The notes: generated by a model from the sequence alone, not told the origin. A stretch of DNA of 64,000 nucleotides from an uncultured delta proteobacterium (GCA_963789265.1 CAWBKB010000001.1:288001-352000), one strand, 5' to 3'; shown: positions 45,959 through 57,153, counted from the stretch's first letter. A program made the numbers and translations.

Positions 45959-46332
45959 TGCTCACCTCCGACGAACCTGCGGCACAATATCAAATTCGCC
46001 TAACACGAGTGACACGTTGATGCTAGGGGGACAGTCCCACCCAGGCGGGATTGCCAGTTGTCAGGCCCGCATGCGTTGGGATCAACTGTAGAGGCAGACC
46101 TATGTGTCTGCCCTGGGCGGACACAAGGGTCCGCCCCTACAGGATCGGAGTCCGGGGTGACCCCGCGAAACGTGGGACTGCCCCACCATATCCTGTCTGG
46201 GATTGTCACCTGTTTGGCTGCGCATTGGTATAGGGTCCACTCTGCTGCCGAAATCGGTTACAAATTAGCGCACACCTCATTCCTTGCTGCAAGGTGTTCC
46301 GGGCCCGAGAAGGTCCACTTCGATCCCGCGGC

Positions 46333-46545
46333 TCATTCTATGACAACCAGTAGATCGCCTACTTGATAGGATTCGCCGACCTGGGCCTTAATTTCCTTGA
46401 CTGTCCCGCTGCTAACCGCGACCACGGGCAGTTCCATCTTCATGGCTTCGATCACAACGAGTTCCTCGTCTTCTTCGACTTGCTGACCCACATCGGCCTT
46501 GACAGCGATCACCTTACCGTTCATGGGCATGGTCACATCTGCCAT
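46333..46545 (-). CDS. Biotin carboxyl carrier protein
   Basis: EAMKME biotinylation motif. Confidence 0.9.
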   Translation of the reverse strand: MADVTMPMNGKVIAVKADVGQQVEEDEELVVIEAMKMELPVVAVSSGTVKEIKAQVGESYQVGDLLVVIE

Positions 46546-46863
46546 CTTCCACAACCTCCTCAGGATTGGTATACATTCTTTACAGAACAAAACCGGTCAC
46601 ATTCGACAGACCGGCAGCCTTCCATATAGCCGGTCGTGCCGGCTGCCATCCGACGGCCGTCAATTCGAAGCTACAGGAGAAGGGTCAACCGGAAAGCTGT
46701 CCGGGATCTAAGTGAGTACGTGCGACTAAGCTGCTACTTCCCGTCATTCGGCGACGTTACCCGCTCGCAACCGGGACCAAACCACCTGACTGATAGCATT
46801 CCGGACGTGGACTACGATTAGGTACCCTGACGAATATCAAGGTTCAGCCGTATTGCAGGAATT

Positions 46864-47274
46864 TCAATGAGGGCTCTGCGGGGGCTGAACTAATTCCATG
46901 AGTATTCCGTGGGTAGCCTTGGGATGCATGAAGGCTATTGTCATACCGTGGGCGCCGGAGCGCGGCGTCTCGTCGATAAGTTTTATTCCTTTTTCCTTAA
47001 GCTCGGCAACCGCCTGGTATATGTCATCGACCTCGAAGGCTATATGATGGATGCCTTCTCCGTTCTTGTCCAAGAATTTCTTGATCGCGGATGATCCCGA
47101 GACATCCTGGAGAAGCTCGACGGAGCTGTCTCCGACGGGGACAAACCCGATTTTCATCCCCTGGTAATCTTCTGTATGAGTCACCTCAAGGGGGAGTCCT
47201 CGGGTAAAGAACTCCAACGCGGCTTCGAGGTCATTTACCGCTATTCCGAGATGCGCGATTCGCTTGATCCTCAT
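46864..47274 (-). CDS. mce: Methylmalonyl-CoA epimerase
   Basis: HLGIAV, VELL, GEGIHHIAFEV, FMHPK...G.L.ELV. Confidence 0.92.
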   Translation of the reverse strand: MRIKRIAHLGIAVNDLEAALEFFTRGLPLEVTHTEDYQGMKIGFVPVGDSSVELLQDVSGSSAIKKFLDKNGEGIHHIAFEVDDIYQAVAELKEKGIKLIDETPRSGAHGMTIAFMHPKATHGILMELVQPPQSPH

Positions 47275-47303
47275 CAAAGACCTCAACTCGTGCAGGCCGA
47301 ACT

Positions 47304-47585
47304 TCAGGAATCCGTCGACGGACTTGTAACGGCAGGTTTGGCCTCCGACGAAGGCTCCTTCTTCTCCACTGTTTTCTCCGCGGGTTTTCTATAAGAGCAG
47401 CTATCTTTACGGCCGTAGTCCGTCACGTACCATCCGGTTCCCTTGAGGACAAATGTGGACTGAGATATCAAACGGCAAGTCTTGCCGCCGCAGGCACTGC
47501 ATTTGTCAACGGGTGGATCTGAAAACTTTTGCCATTCTTCAAATTCTCTGCCGCAGTTTTGGCACCGATATTCATAAATCGGCAT
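47304..47585 (-). CDS. FmdB-family zinc-ribbon protein
   Basis: MPIYEYRC..CG, C..CGG, FVLKGTGWYVTDY. Confidence 0.9.
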   Translation of the reverse strand: MPIYEYRCQNCGREFEEWQKFSDPPVDKCSACGGKTCRLISQSTFVLKGTGWYVTDYGRKDSCSYRKPAEKTVEKKEPSSEAKPAVTSPSTDS

Positions 47586-47617
47586 TTGCGCCACCTCCAT
47601 GACCAGGGTGTTATGGT

Positions 47618-48145
47618 TTAGTCGTTGATGCACGGTGCAACCGGTTTTCGTATAGACCCAGGATGTAATCGGTGTTCGTGACCCCGGCGAGAATCTCCTG
47701 GGTAATCCCTTGCACGCGTGTTTTCTTCTTTGTCGCGATCTTCGACCGAAGCGAAGAAATCGACCCGACATTTGCGAAAACGAATAATGTGAATCAATTC
47801 ATGGGTCAGTATGAATAGACCTAACGTCCAGAGGTCATGCATAGTTGACCTCAAAAGGGCCAAAAGGATGTTCGGATCCTGAAGCACCACCCCGTACGTT
47901 TCTCTCCGACCTGGGTGGGCGGTCTTGGACCGTTCGACCCGCGCCCGGTAGCGTATCACCTGAGCGAAAACATCTTTCTCGTAAAGAGGCGGGCCCGCCT
48001 GTTTGTGCGTGAATATGGTATACGGATTCTCTTTCCACTCATCCGGAGCAAGATCAAAATAGGCCTGGGTCAGCCTCTCGGCCAGTGCGGCCGCCCTGCT
48101 GATCGTGCCGAGATCTGCTGCAGTGAAGAGCCCCGTTGAGAGCAT
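47618..48145 (-). CDS. Conserved hypothetical protein with HExxH (THELIH); C-terminal frameshift likely
   Basis: THELIHIIRF motif; coding-like composition. Confidence 0.55.
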   Translation of the reverse strand: MLSTGLFTAADLGTISRAAALAERLTQAYFDLAPDEWKENPYTIFTHKQAGPPLYEKDVFAQVIRYRARVERSKTAHPGRRETYGVVLQDPNILLALLRSTMHDLWTLGLFILTHELIHIIRFRKCRVDFFASVEDRDKEENTRARDYPGDSRRGHEHRLHPGSIRKPVAPCIND

Positions 48146-48675
48146 GAGTGCCCATTCTACTTGTTTTTATGACGTTGTCTTGCGCGAAGCTTCTTGTGCT
48201 TGTGCTTCCGCATTTTTTTCCGTCGCTTCTTGATTATGCTCCCCATCAACACCTCTCTGGCATTCGTGAAGAAAATATATTTATCACGGCCGCAAGCTGG
48301 TGTCAAATACTATAAAAACGCAACCGTAGCCATTCACTTATGCGGGGGATCTTTTGCACCTTGTCATTGCGAGGAGTGAAACGACGAAGCAATCTAAGCG
48401 GCGTTCAAAAGAAAAGATTGCTTCGCTTCGCTCGCAATGACAATCGCTTCCACGCGCGTAAGTGAATGCATTCACGCAACCGGAATATCCGCGCGCCGCG
48501 TCCGGTCTTGGTACTTATGTAACTCGCGTTCGGACGGTGTCAAGTGGCTGTAACCGCAATCGCTCAAATAGCGGGCATTCGAATGCGGTTCTCGCCGGAG
48601 TCACATCTGCCGGCGCAGGGAACGATGGCCCGATCAAGGAATCGTCACTGAACGACCGGAATATAAGTTATTTTC

Positions 48676-48704
48676 TTGACACCCCCGGTAAAGTTAAATA
48701 TAAA
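48676..48704 (+). promoter_or_regulatory. Sigma70-type promoter of the Rrf2 gene
   Basis: TTGACA-17 nt-TATAAA. Confidence 0.6.
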
Positions 48705-48753
48705 TTATCTATGAGATTCTTCAGGGACGAAACGTCTTTTTCGGGGTAAGCAA

Positions 48754-49221
48754 ATGCGGATTACCACTACCAGCAGATATGGAGTTCGGGCACTTTTTGA
48801 TGTGGCCTACCACGGCGGCGGTCAGCCCACTCAGATAAAAGACATCTCCCGCCGCCAAAAAATATCTCAGAGATATCTCGAACAAATATTCAATAAGCTG
48901 CTTAAGGCGGGTCTGCTCAAAAGCAGACGCGGCCCCCGGGGGGGCTATATGCTCGCGCGCGATCCTTCCGAGATTACCGTCGGAAATATTATCAGTGCCG
49001 CACAAGGTCCCATCGTCCCGGTCCGATGCCTGGAAGAGGAAGAGCAGAATAACAAAGTATGCGATCTGATCGATTCCTGCATTACACGGCACGTGTGGAA
49101 AGAGACACAAAAACTGCTGGTGGATTACTACGAGTCGGTCTCAATTGCGGATCTTTGCAGCCTCGCACGCAGCCGGGGTGTCTCCCGGGATCTCGACCAT
49201 AAATACATGTATTTCATTTAG
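48754..49221 (+). CDS. Rrf2 family transcriptional regulator (IscR/CymR-like, three Cys)
   Basis: RYGVRAL, YLEQIF, SRRGPRGGY.LAR, C..C..C..H. Confidence 0.9.
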   Translation: MRITTTSRYGVRALFDVAYHGGGQPTQIKDISRRQKISQRYLEQIFNKLLKAGLLKSRRGPRGGYMLARDPSEITVGNIISAAQGPIVPVRCLEEEEQNNKVCDLIDSCITRHVWKETQKLLVDYYESVSIADLCSLARSRGVSRDLDHKYMYFI

Positions 49222-49536
49222 TAGTCCGGACGCGAAATTCCGGGGGTGTCCCGATTTAGTGTACCGGCCGTCATTCCGGGGAACGCCGGAATGCAGTTGC
49301 GCGGCTCCGCGGGAGGAACCCCGGATCGAAGTCTCTGCTGAGATCCTTATGGATTCCTTGCGAGTTTCGTAGTAAATTGAGGCCGGGCACTAGGGCAGCT
49401 TTCCCGCGTTTCCTCATTACGATTCGGCAAAGAGGCCCGGCAAACCCAATTCGATGCCGATTAGCCTTCGTGTAAGTCTATGCGAAGTCACTATTGGTGA
49501 ATTCTTCTGTCTCCAGACGTTACTATTGGTTAACAC

Positions 49537-50916
49537 ATGAAAATTCTACGAACAATCTGCTCCGTCCTCTTGCTTACAGCCTTGTTTTCCGTCGCCGGCG
49601 GCTTATCCCAGGGGAGAGAGCGGCCTTTGAAGGACCGACTCTCAGAGGGTTATGGGGGTAATTTCGGGCACGCGGAACGTTGGAACCATGCGGAATATTC
49701 ACCGGTGTCACCGCACGGTATGAGTGCCTCCCCTGCCAAAAAGGGCTTGGGGACCGCTCAAATCTCCGAAAAGTTCACCCAGCGCGGTGAGGCGGGTTCG
49801 AAGGATATTACAGGTTCCGGTCGGCCTTCAGTCGAAAAAGGTAAGCAAAGCCGAACTGAGAGGGTATGGCGAAGCCAGGAACTGGGGATGCTGGCAATTG
49901 GAGTGGGTGTCGGAGATGTGGTTGGGGACGGGACCAATCAAATTGTGATCATCGATCCAAGTACCGTATACCTGTATCGTTTTACTCCGGAAAAGCTGGA
50001 ACCTCTTGCCCAATACTCCGCAGGCCCCATGGAATTGAAATGCGTAGACGTGGCAAAGTTAAGGAAACAGGGTCCGGCCAGGATCTATGTGACGGCACAA
50101 AACCGGGGGGCCGTCGACTCTATGGTCCTGGAATACCGAAACCGAAAGTTGACCCCCGTTGTTCAGGATTTTCCATACTACCTGCGAGTGATTCAGTACC
50201 CCACGCAAGGACCGATTCTGCTGGGTCAAAGAAAGGGGCTTTCAAGACTTTATGATGGACCGGTCTATCGTCTGACCGACAAGGGGGACGATCTGGAGAT
50301 CCAAGGCCGTTTTGGTGTGCCTCTGAAGATCCCGGTGTTCGGATTCACCGTCGGCGATTTCATTGGAAAACACAAGCCGTTAATCGCTGTTTACGACAGG
50401 GATGACCATCTCCGCCTTTACGAGGCTTCCGGAAAAAGACTGTTTCTCTCAAAGGATTATTACGGAGGATCGGATATCATTATAAGAACGGGCGGTCCGG
50501 AACAGCCCAAGGATCAACAGCCGTTAATCGAACCTGAGCGGACGTATTTTAGAACAAGGATTATGACCGTTGACCTCGGCTGGGGCTCGCCTCACGAAAT
50601 ACTGGTCACAGCTCACAGCTCCAAAACTATGCGACTTTTGGGTCGCACCAGGATGTTCGAAGAGGGGCAAGTTGTGGCGTTGGTATGGAATGGCGATGCG
50701 GTCGAGGAAAAATGGACGACGCCTAAAGTCCAAGGGATGATCACGGACTTTACCATTGGCACGCTTCCCGGATTAAGCGGCAAGAGACTAATCACCCTGG
50801 AACGCGAGAAGACCGACTGGCTGGCATTTCTAAGGTCAAGGAGTCGGGTCAGGGCATACGATCTTCACTACCTCATGAACGAGGGGCAGGCTCGCAGATC
50901 TGAGGAGAACAAGTGA
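49537..50916 (+). CDS. Secreted FG-GAP/VCBS-like repeat protein
   Basis: Signal peptide; GDVVGDGTNQIV, GDFIG and VDLG repeats. Confidence 0.6.
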   Translation: MKILRTICSVLLLTALFSVAGGLSQGRERPLKDRLSEGYGGNFGHAERWNHAEYSPVSPHGMSASPAKKGLGTAQISEKFTQRGEAGSKDITGSGRPSVEKGKQSRTERVWRSQELGMLAIGVGVGDVVGDGTNQIVIIDPSTVYLYRFTPEKLEPLAQYSAGPMELKCVDVAKLRKQGPARIYVTAQNRGAVDSMVLEYRNRKLTPVVQDFPYYLRVIQYPTQGPILLGQRKGLSRLYDGPVYRLTDKGDDLEIQGRFGVPLKIPVFGFTVGDFIGKHKPLIAVYDRDDHLRLYEASGKRLFLSKDYYGGSDIIIRTGGPEQPKDQQPLIEPERTYFRTRIMTVDLGWGSPHEILVTAHSSKTMRLLGRTRMFEEGQVVALVWNGDAVEEKWTTPKVQGMITDFTIGTLPGLSGKRLITLEREKTDWLAFLRSRSRVRAYDLHYLMNEGQARRSEENK

Positions 50917-50942
50917 TCCCGCGGAAAAGGGGACATTCCTCT

Positions 50943-52649
50943 CTAGAAATCCACCAGGAATGATCCCTGGAAGCTTTGGATGGGACTCTTGCCCAATGGG
51001 CCGGTGACACCCCCCGGAAGAGCCGCCTGGTAGGCCCAGTCAAACCAGTCACCAGGCTGCCAGTACGCATACTTGAAACGCATGGTCATGCCCTCAAGGA
51101 GTTTCCAGTCCACTCCAGTGTTGGTTTCCCAGCCGAGAAACCGGCTGCTCGCAAACGGATCGGTCCCACCCCTAAGAGCTCTAAACGGAGCGCCTGCCGC
51201 CACCACCCCATTCAGTTTGAACCCGGGGTGAGTTCCGCTATCGACAAATTGGCCCGCAAGGTAGCCGTCTCTCTCCAAGCGCTCAGCCCAGAGATAACTT
51301 CCCCATACATTTAAGTTGGAGGCCACTGCATAATCCAACCGAGCTCCCAGAGCCCATGCGTCGGCCATCAATCCTGTGCCGTCGGCCCCAAATAACCAGC
51401 TAAACTGATTGTTGCCACCGGCGTAGGTGTGGAACATCAAGGTGTTGTAAGGATCTGTTGCCTGATAATTGATCGCGTATGGCTGAGACTTGGTCGTATG
51501 TGTGCCCGCCGGCGTAGTCAGTGGGTTGGCCAAGTTCTCACCAGGGGCCCACGCCCATACGAAGGTAATCTTTGCAGGACCATACAAGAAGCCGGCTTCG
51601 GCAAACGCATGCTGATACTCCGAATAGCTTGGCGAGGGAATAGCAGCAGGGAGGGGAGGGCCACCATTCAAGGTCTTGTAAGTGTCTATATTTACCCATG
51701 AATACTCTGCGTTCGCAAAGAACCTGCCATTGTTGTACTTCAGATAGACCAGCCAAAAATTCAACGAAGTATCAGTTGCAACCACTTCTCCAACTGCTGG
51801 GGCCCCCGTAGGAACAGCAGGAAAAGCCATGTCTCCCCTGCCCAGATGATGATAACGTCCGATCCAACCACCACCGGTCGACAGGTCGGCGGTGTCATAC
51901 CGGAAAAAGAAGCACTGGAACAAACTGTTCTTTCGTCCACCGTCAGGCGATTCGTTGTAGCCGTCCGATGCCGCGCCCTGGCTAAGAAAGATTCCATGAA
52001 TGAAGCTAAAGGGACCATAAGGAACTATGGTCATAAACGCTTCTGTTCTCGTATTGATTGAAAGGGTAGCTCCAGTGCCGAACGGAAAGTCCTTCAGGCC
52101 AAAGGAGAGTATGGCAATTGGGGTTTGGGCAGTAACCCTGAACTGTTCCCAGCTCCCGACTGCAGCGGTATCGTAAGCGTTGTCGCTCACGCCTTGCATG
52201 GAGTACCGTTCAAGGGGAGGCATTCCCACGCCGCCCGTATCCTGAGCGTACTTGTTGCGATAGCCACCAATGGTGTATGCTCCTTGCACTCTGATCGCCG
52301 GGTTTATACGGATCTCCGGATACAGAGTGAGTCTATCGTCGTTATAATGTGCGTCAGATCCCCATCTCGCAAAACCACCGCGGGTAATTGCTACCGTGGC
52401 GCTCAGGTTCGACGGCGGATCGACGAATGCGCCCGTGCTCCAGATGTTGGGTCCGGCAAACCCGATGAAAGTGCCTGCTCCCTGGTCTTGAGCAGGAGCG
52501 AAACCGAAGAGGTCAGAATTTCCCATGCGAGCGAAGTACTTGAAGCGGTATACGAACTCGCCTGCCATCGAGAATTCCCAGGCAAAGACAGGCGCCACGA
52601 CAGCTAACACCAGCAGCCCTGCCAATAAAGGTATCAGAATTCTTCTCAT
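50943..52649 (-). CDS. Outer-membrane porin-like protein
   Basis: Signal peptide ending VFA-WEF, aromatic beta strands, terminal Phe (LVDF). Confidence 0.7.
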   Translation of the reverse strand: MRRILIPLLAGLLVLAVVAPVFAWEFSMAGEFVYRFKYFARMGNSDLFGFAPAQDQGAGTFIGFAGPNIWSTGAFVDPPSNLSATVAITRGGFARWGSDAHYNDDRLTLYPEIRINPAIRVQGAYTIGGYRNKYAQDTGGVGMPPLERYSMQGVSDNAYDTAAVGSWEQFRVTAQTPIAILSFGLKDFPFGTGATLSINTRTEAFMTIVPYGPFSFIHGIFLSQGAASDGYNESPDGGRKNSLFQCFFFRYDTADLSTGGGWIGRYHHLGRGDMAFPAVPTGAPAVGEVVATDTSLNFWLVYLKYNNGRFFANAEYSWVNIDTYKTLNGGPPLPAAIPSPSYSEYQHAFAEAGFLYGPAKITFVWAWAPGENLANPLTTPAGTHTTKSQPYAINYQATDPYNTLMFHTYAGGNNQFSWLFGADGTGLMADAWALGARLDYAVASNLNVWGSYLWAERLERDGYLAGQFVDSGTHPGFKLNGVVAAGAPFRALRGGTDPFASSRFLGWETNTGVDWKLLEGMTMRFKYAYWQPGDWFDWAYQAALPGGVTGPLGKSPIQSFQGSFLVDF

Positions 52650-52976
52650 CTCCGCCTCCTAATCCAAAACGAACCGAAAAGCCTTTCGGCAAAGCAAGAT
52701 TTGCCAACAAGCCAATCGCGATATGCATGTTCGTAAGGACGTAAACGTGATTAGCGCCTTTGCTCGCGGCACCTTAAGCGGAAATTATGCGGCGCTATTG
52801 CTATTTCAAGCCTCTTGGTGCCAGTGGAGGGGAGAGATAGTTCCTCCCAGAAGACTCGACAGAGGCAAAACAGTCGTGACGTGGATGTAAGAGTCTTATT
52901 TTTTAGGACTGCTGAGAATAACCCATCGTACGCTTTCCAGTCAATTCGATTCCTTCCGGTTTCACCTCACCTGAAA

Positions 52977-53181
52977 AAGGGGAGATTCCTCTTTTGTGTT
53001 GTTCCGGCAAGCTATTGTAAACACGTGAGTTTATACCAAGAACCGCACGAGCTTCTGTCGGTGAGGTCTGCTACCACGTATTGAGCCGCGGCAATGCGGG
53101 CCGAGAGGTCTTTCATCAGGAATTCGCGTTTTGGCCTCGAGGACAGCCAAGAACGGACTCGAAAAAGTAGCATGTCCCCTT
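52977..53181 (+). mobile_element. Non-autonomous internally deleted REP-associated tyrosine transposase element, copy 1
   Basis: Ends aaggggagattcct / agcatgtcccctt; translates PRTARASVGEVCYHVLSRGN...PRGQPR. Confidence 0.65.
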
Positions 53182-53507
53182 TGTTCCTTTGTCCCAAGTG
53201 GCACCAACAATATATCAGTATTGTGTCCCCGGAATTCAGCTTTCCCTTTGGGCCGATACTACCAAGCCGTGTTCGGCTGAGGGCCAACGAGGACTTTTTG
53301 GTTGACCGTGGGGCGTGCGGTCAGGTACGGTCAGAAACAGGAAAATACAGACTTGTTCATCAACGCGACGACTGCTTTGTGGTCCTCTTGCCTCGTGGAG
53401 GACCATCCGGGGTCTGTTCGGAGTCGAGGGGAGCGTAGGACGACCGGATTCCCGGGTGAACACCCCAGGATTGGCAAGACCGCCGCATAATTCCAGAGGA
53501 GACGTTC

Positions 53508-54266
53508 ATGCACGTAATGGCCGTTAATGGCGCACCCCGCAAGGAAAAGAGCAGCACTTATCATATCCTGAGCCCGCTGCTGGAGGGTATGGGCGCCGCA
53601 GGAGCCAACACTGAATTGGTGCATCTGGGCCATTTGCAGATCAAATCCTGTCTGGGCTGCTTCTTGTGCTGGGCTAAGACCCCCGGGAAATGCGTGCAGC
53701 AAGATGATATGGCCGTGGTCTTGGAAAGGTTTGTGCAAGCCGACTTACTGGTCTTCGGAACCCCACTTTACCACTATAACGTGTCCGGCCTGATGAAGAA
53801 CTTCATTGACCGAACCCTGCCTTCCTTCGAGCCATGGCTGGTGGAAGATCCCGGCCATCCGGGTAAGAGCGGCCACCCGGACCGCTACCCTAAGGATCGG
53901 GCCATGTTGCTGGTCTCCCCCTGCGGCTTTCCGGAATTCGATCATTTTGCGCCGCTGGTGCAATATTTCCAGTTTTTCGCCCGGAAGCTGGGCTGGGGCT
54001 ATCTTGGGGAAATCCTGCGGCCCACGGGTGACAGCTTGAGCGATGAACAATATCAGGAGACGTTCGCCTGGTATTACAACTTGGTGCACCAGGCTGGGGA
54101 GCAGATCGTCCGCCAGGGACGGATTACGCCGGAAGTGCAGACTGAATTACGTCAAGACCTTTTTCCAGGGGGGCCGGAGACCTTCAGGAACGAAGCCAAC
54201 CACTATTGGAGCGAAACCATGGCTAGGTTCGGGGTGACCGGCAAGGCGCCGGGCCAAGTCGGATGA
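53508..54266 (+). CDS. Flavodoxin family / NADPH-dependent FMN reductase (iron-sulfur flavoprotein-like)
   Basis: NGAPR, CLGCFLCW...C...DDM, GTPLY, MKNFIDR. Confidence 0.85.
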   Translation: MHVMAVNGAPRKEKSSTYHILSPLLEGMGAAGANTELVHLGHLQIKSCLGCFLCWAKTPGKCVQQDDMAVVLERFVQADLLVFGTPLYHYNVSGLMKNFIDRTLPSFEPWLVEDPGHPGKSGHPDRYPKDRAMLLVSPCGFPEFDHFAPLVQYFQFFARKLGWGYLGEILRPTGDSLSDEQYQETFAWYYNLVHQAGEQIVRQGRITPEVQTELRQDLFPGGPETFRNEANHYWSETMARFGVTGKAPGQVG

Positions 54267-54347
54267 CCCGGCAGTATTGGCATGGGGTTTTGATGATCTT
54301 ACCCGTCACACAAGAGACTTAAACTTCGGTTCAGGTTTTCATCGAAA

Positions 54348-54929
54348 ATGAAAGAGATTCTAAGCATTCTGCTGGGCTTCCTGCCCTGGATTGTTTTTGG
54401 GGCTATTTCCGGGCCATCCCTATTCCGATTGAAGGCCGCCATCATCGCCGCCCTGGCCCTGGTGCTGGTCATGGGCTACAAACAGTTGGCCAAGGGGTTC
54501 ATCCTGACCTGGGGCTCGCTGCTCTTCTTCGGCTTCAACCTGGTCGCGGTGGTGCTATTTGAAAACCTGTGGGTGATCAAAAACCTGGATATCCTGACCA
54601 ACGGGACCCTGGCGGCCATCGCCTGTCTGTCTATTCTCCTGGGCAAACCCTTTGTCCTGCAATATGCTGGGGAGACAGTTCCTCTGGAGCGCAGGGCATC
54701 CCCGGTGTTTTACAGTAATTGTTGGACCCTCTCGCTGATTTGGATGGTGATATTTGTCATCTCCACAGGCATGAGCGTGGCGAAAACCTCCGGCTGGTGG
54801 GAAGGCGGGATGAGCTATCAGACAGTATCCCTGGGCTTGATCGGGTTGGGACTATGGCTCAACCATTGGTATCCCCAATATGTGCGCCGCAGGACGAAGA
54901 TAGGAGATGACCCGGCCCAGCCGGGATGA
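54348..54929 (+). CDS. Integral membrane protein
   Basis: Multiple hydrophobic segments, GFLPWI, GKPFVLQYA. Confidence 0.7.
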   Translation: MKEILSILLGFLPWIVFGAISGPSLFRLKAAIIAALALVLVMGYKQLAKGFILTWGSLLFFGFNLVAVVLFENLWVIKNLDILTNGTLAAIACLSILLGKPFVLQYAGETVPLERRASPVFYSNCWTLSLIWMVIFVISTGMSVAKTSGWWEGGMSYQTVSLGLIGLGLWLNHWYPQYVRRRTKIGDDPAQPG

Positions 54930-54940
54930 TTTCGGAAGAA

Positions 54941-55145
54941 AAGGGGCCATTCCTCTTTTCTGTGGTTTCGACAAGCTATTGTAGTAACACGAGTTCATGC
55001 CGAGAACCGCACGAGCTTCTGTCGGTGAGGTCTGCAACCATGTGTTGAATCCCGGCAACACTCGCCGAGAGGTCTTTCATCAGGAATTCACGCTTGGGCC
55101 TCGCGGACGGCCAAGAACTGACTCGAAAAAGTAGCATGTCCACTT
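54941..55145 (+). mobile_element. Non-autonomous internally deleted REP-associated tyrosine transposase element, copy 2
   Basis: 45-aa ORF 54997..55134 MPRTARASVGEVCNHVLNPGNTRREVFHQEFTLGPRGRPRTDSKK. Confidence 0.65.
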
Positions 55146-55339
55146 TTTGTGTCCAGGTGAAAGCGGACGGCTCAAATAAGGCATCAGAGATTCGCGTGCA
55201 TGTCAAATTTCAAGACCTGACCCCTTGCTTGCTTATTTATTTGGCGAAGATCTATCGCCGCCGACAGGCTACTCGCTCTCCGTCCAAGAGACAGACCACC
55301 TTGCTACCTTTGGCCAACCACTGTTTCTTCAAAACTTCT

Positions 55340-56273
55340 TCACGCAGCCCGATGTTCTTCCACGAACCTCCTAATGTTCCTGTGGAGGAAGTTCCGCATC
55401 AGGTCCGCGATCTTGTCGCCGTCCTCTTCAAGCGCGAAGTGTCCTGTGTCGAGAAGGTGAAACTCCAGGTTCTTCAGGTCTCTCTTGTAGGGTTCAGCGC
55501 CGGTTGCAGGGAAGATGGGATCGTTCTTTCCCCAGACAATGAGCGTCGGCGGCTGGTGCTCACGGAAATAGGCCTGCCACTTCGGGTACAGCGGTGGGTT
55601 GCTGCCGTAGCTATGAAAAAGAGCGAGCTGGATCTCAGCATTTCCCTGCCGGTCGAGCAGTGGCTGGTCAATGTTCCAGGTATCAGGACTGATTGTCTCC
55701 TTGTCCCGAACCCCCTCGGTGTATTGCCATACGGTGGCTTCCCGGGTGAGGAAGCGGCGCAGGGGCTTATCGCGCTCTGCCGTCTTTTCCTTCCAGTAAG
55801 CCTTGAGCGGTGTCCAGAAATCGTTGTCAATGCCCTCGTCGTAGGCGTTGCCGTTCTGCACCACCAAGGCCTGGACGAGGTCGGGGTGCTTGGTAGCCAG
55901 ACGGTAGCCGACAGGCGCGCCATAATCCTGAACGTACAGTGTGGTACTTCTTCAGTCCAACCGCATCGGTGAACTTGTCGATCACATCGGCCAGATTATC
56001 GAAGGTGTACTCGAACTCGTCCACGGTCGGCATCGAGCTATTGCCAAAGCCGGGGTAGTCCGGTGCAACCAAGTGGAACTCATCGGCCAGCGCCGGGATC
56101 AGGTTGCGGAACATCTGCGAACTGGTCGGGAAGCCGTGTAGCAGGAGCACGGCGGGGGCGTCCTTCGGTCCTGCCTCGCGGTAGAAAATATCCAGACCGT
56201 CTATCTTCGCAGTCCGGTAGGCCACCCTTGCTGAAGTTAACGCTCCTGCGGAAGTTTCATTCTCTGTTTTCAT
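55340..56273 (-). CDS. Alpha/beta hydrolase (epoxide hydrolase-like), frameshifted near 55942
   Basis: [42 protein letters not shown]. Confidence 0.88.
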
Positions 56274-57153
56274 GATTGTTCTCCTTAGTGCTGTTTCTTA
56301 TTTGCTCCGATGCTTGATCGCCCTTGCCTCGCGGAACGTGAGCCGAGCAGTGGTCCGCTGTGTAGAAATCGTGGGGCGAGATCGAGACCTTGAAGATGCG
56401 CTCCGTGTTCCGCACTCTTCTCCGACGCTGCTGTTGGCCACTTCCTACGCGAAGGCCGGTCAATTCAAACATCATGCTGCGGGTCTATGAATATCAGAGC
56501 TTTCCCAATGCCTTTTGACGGAGACGGCTTCTTGCCAGGCTTTTGTTCAGAAAATTTTGATGGTTAAACCAGTACAAATTCCAGCATTCCGCGCACAAAT
56601 TCCGATTTTGCCAAGAACCCGGCCGGACTCCGTTAAACAAAAATTGTACATTGGCCCGGCGTCAGTCAACACGACAACTAAAGCAAAGAATTGGGGTCAG
56701 GTCTTGTTTCTTGCCTTTTGCCGTTGCCGTTGGTAGAGCCTGCTCCCTGTAGAGCAGTGGAGTCAAACGTGCGCAGTGATCTCATGGTGTGAAAAGCCGT
56801 ACTGCAGATGGGCTTTGTCGACTGCCCTGTCTCGTTTCGATGCGGACCGAACTCACGGCAAGAGTCCATCGAGAGACGGGAAATTCCGGGGACACCATGC
56901 TTTTTTCCCGTACCGCATATGGCGATAGAATTTTCTACTTGGCCGCTGATGACGTTTGATGTTGGTGTCAGGCATTGAAATGCCATTATAGGTCGCACAG
57001 AAATTTCAATATACTTCGTCATATTCAGGTAATAACAGTCTGTTCAAATAAGCCATCAGAGATTCGTCTGGATGTCAAATTTCAAGACCTGCCCCGTTTT
57101 TTCATCTAGCGGTGTGTTCTTTTATTGCCCTTTGTGCAGGGCCAGTATTCTAT

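Noticed and set aside
49420..49470. GGCAAACC suggesting a c-di-GMP-I riboswitch
   Set aside because: The GAAA tetraloop stem and GACGCAAAG elements are missing
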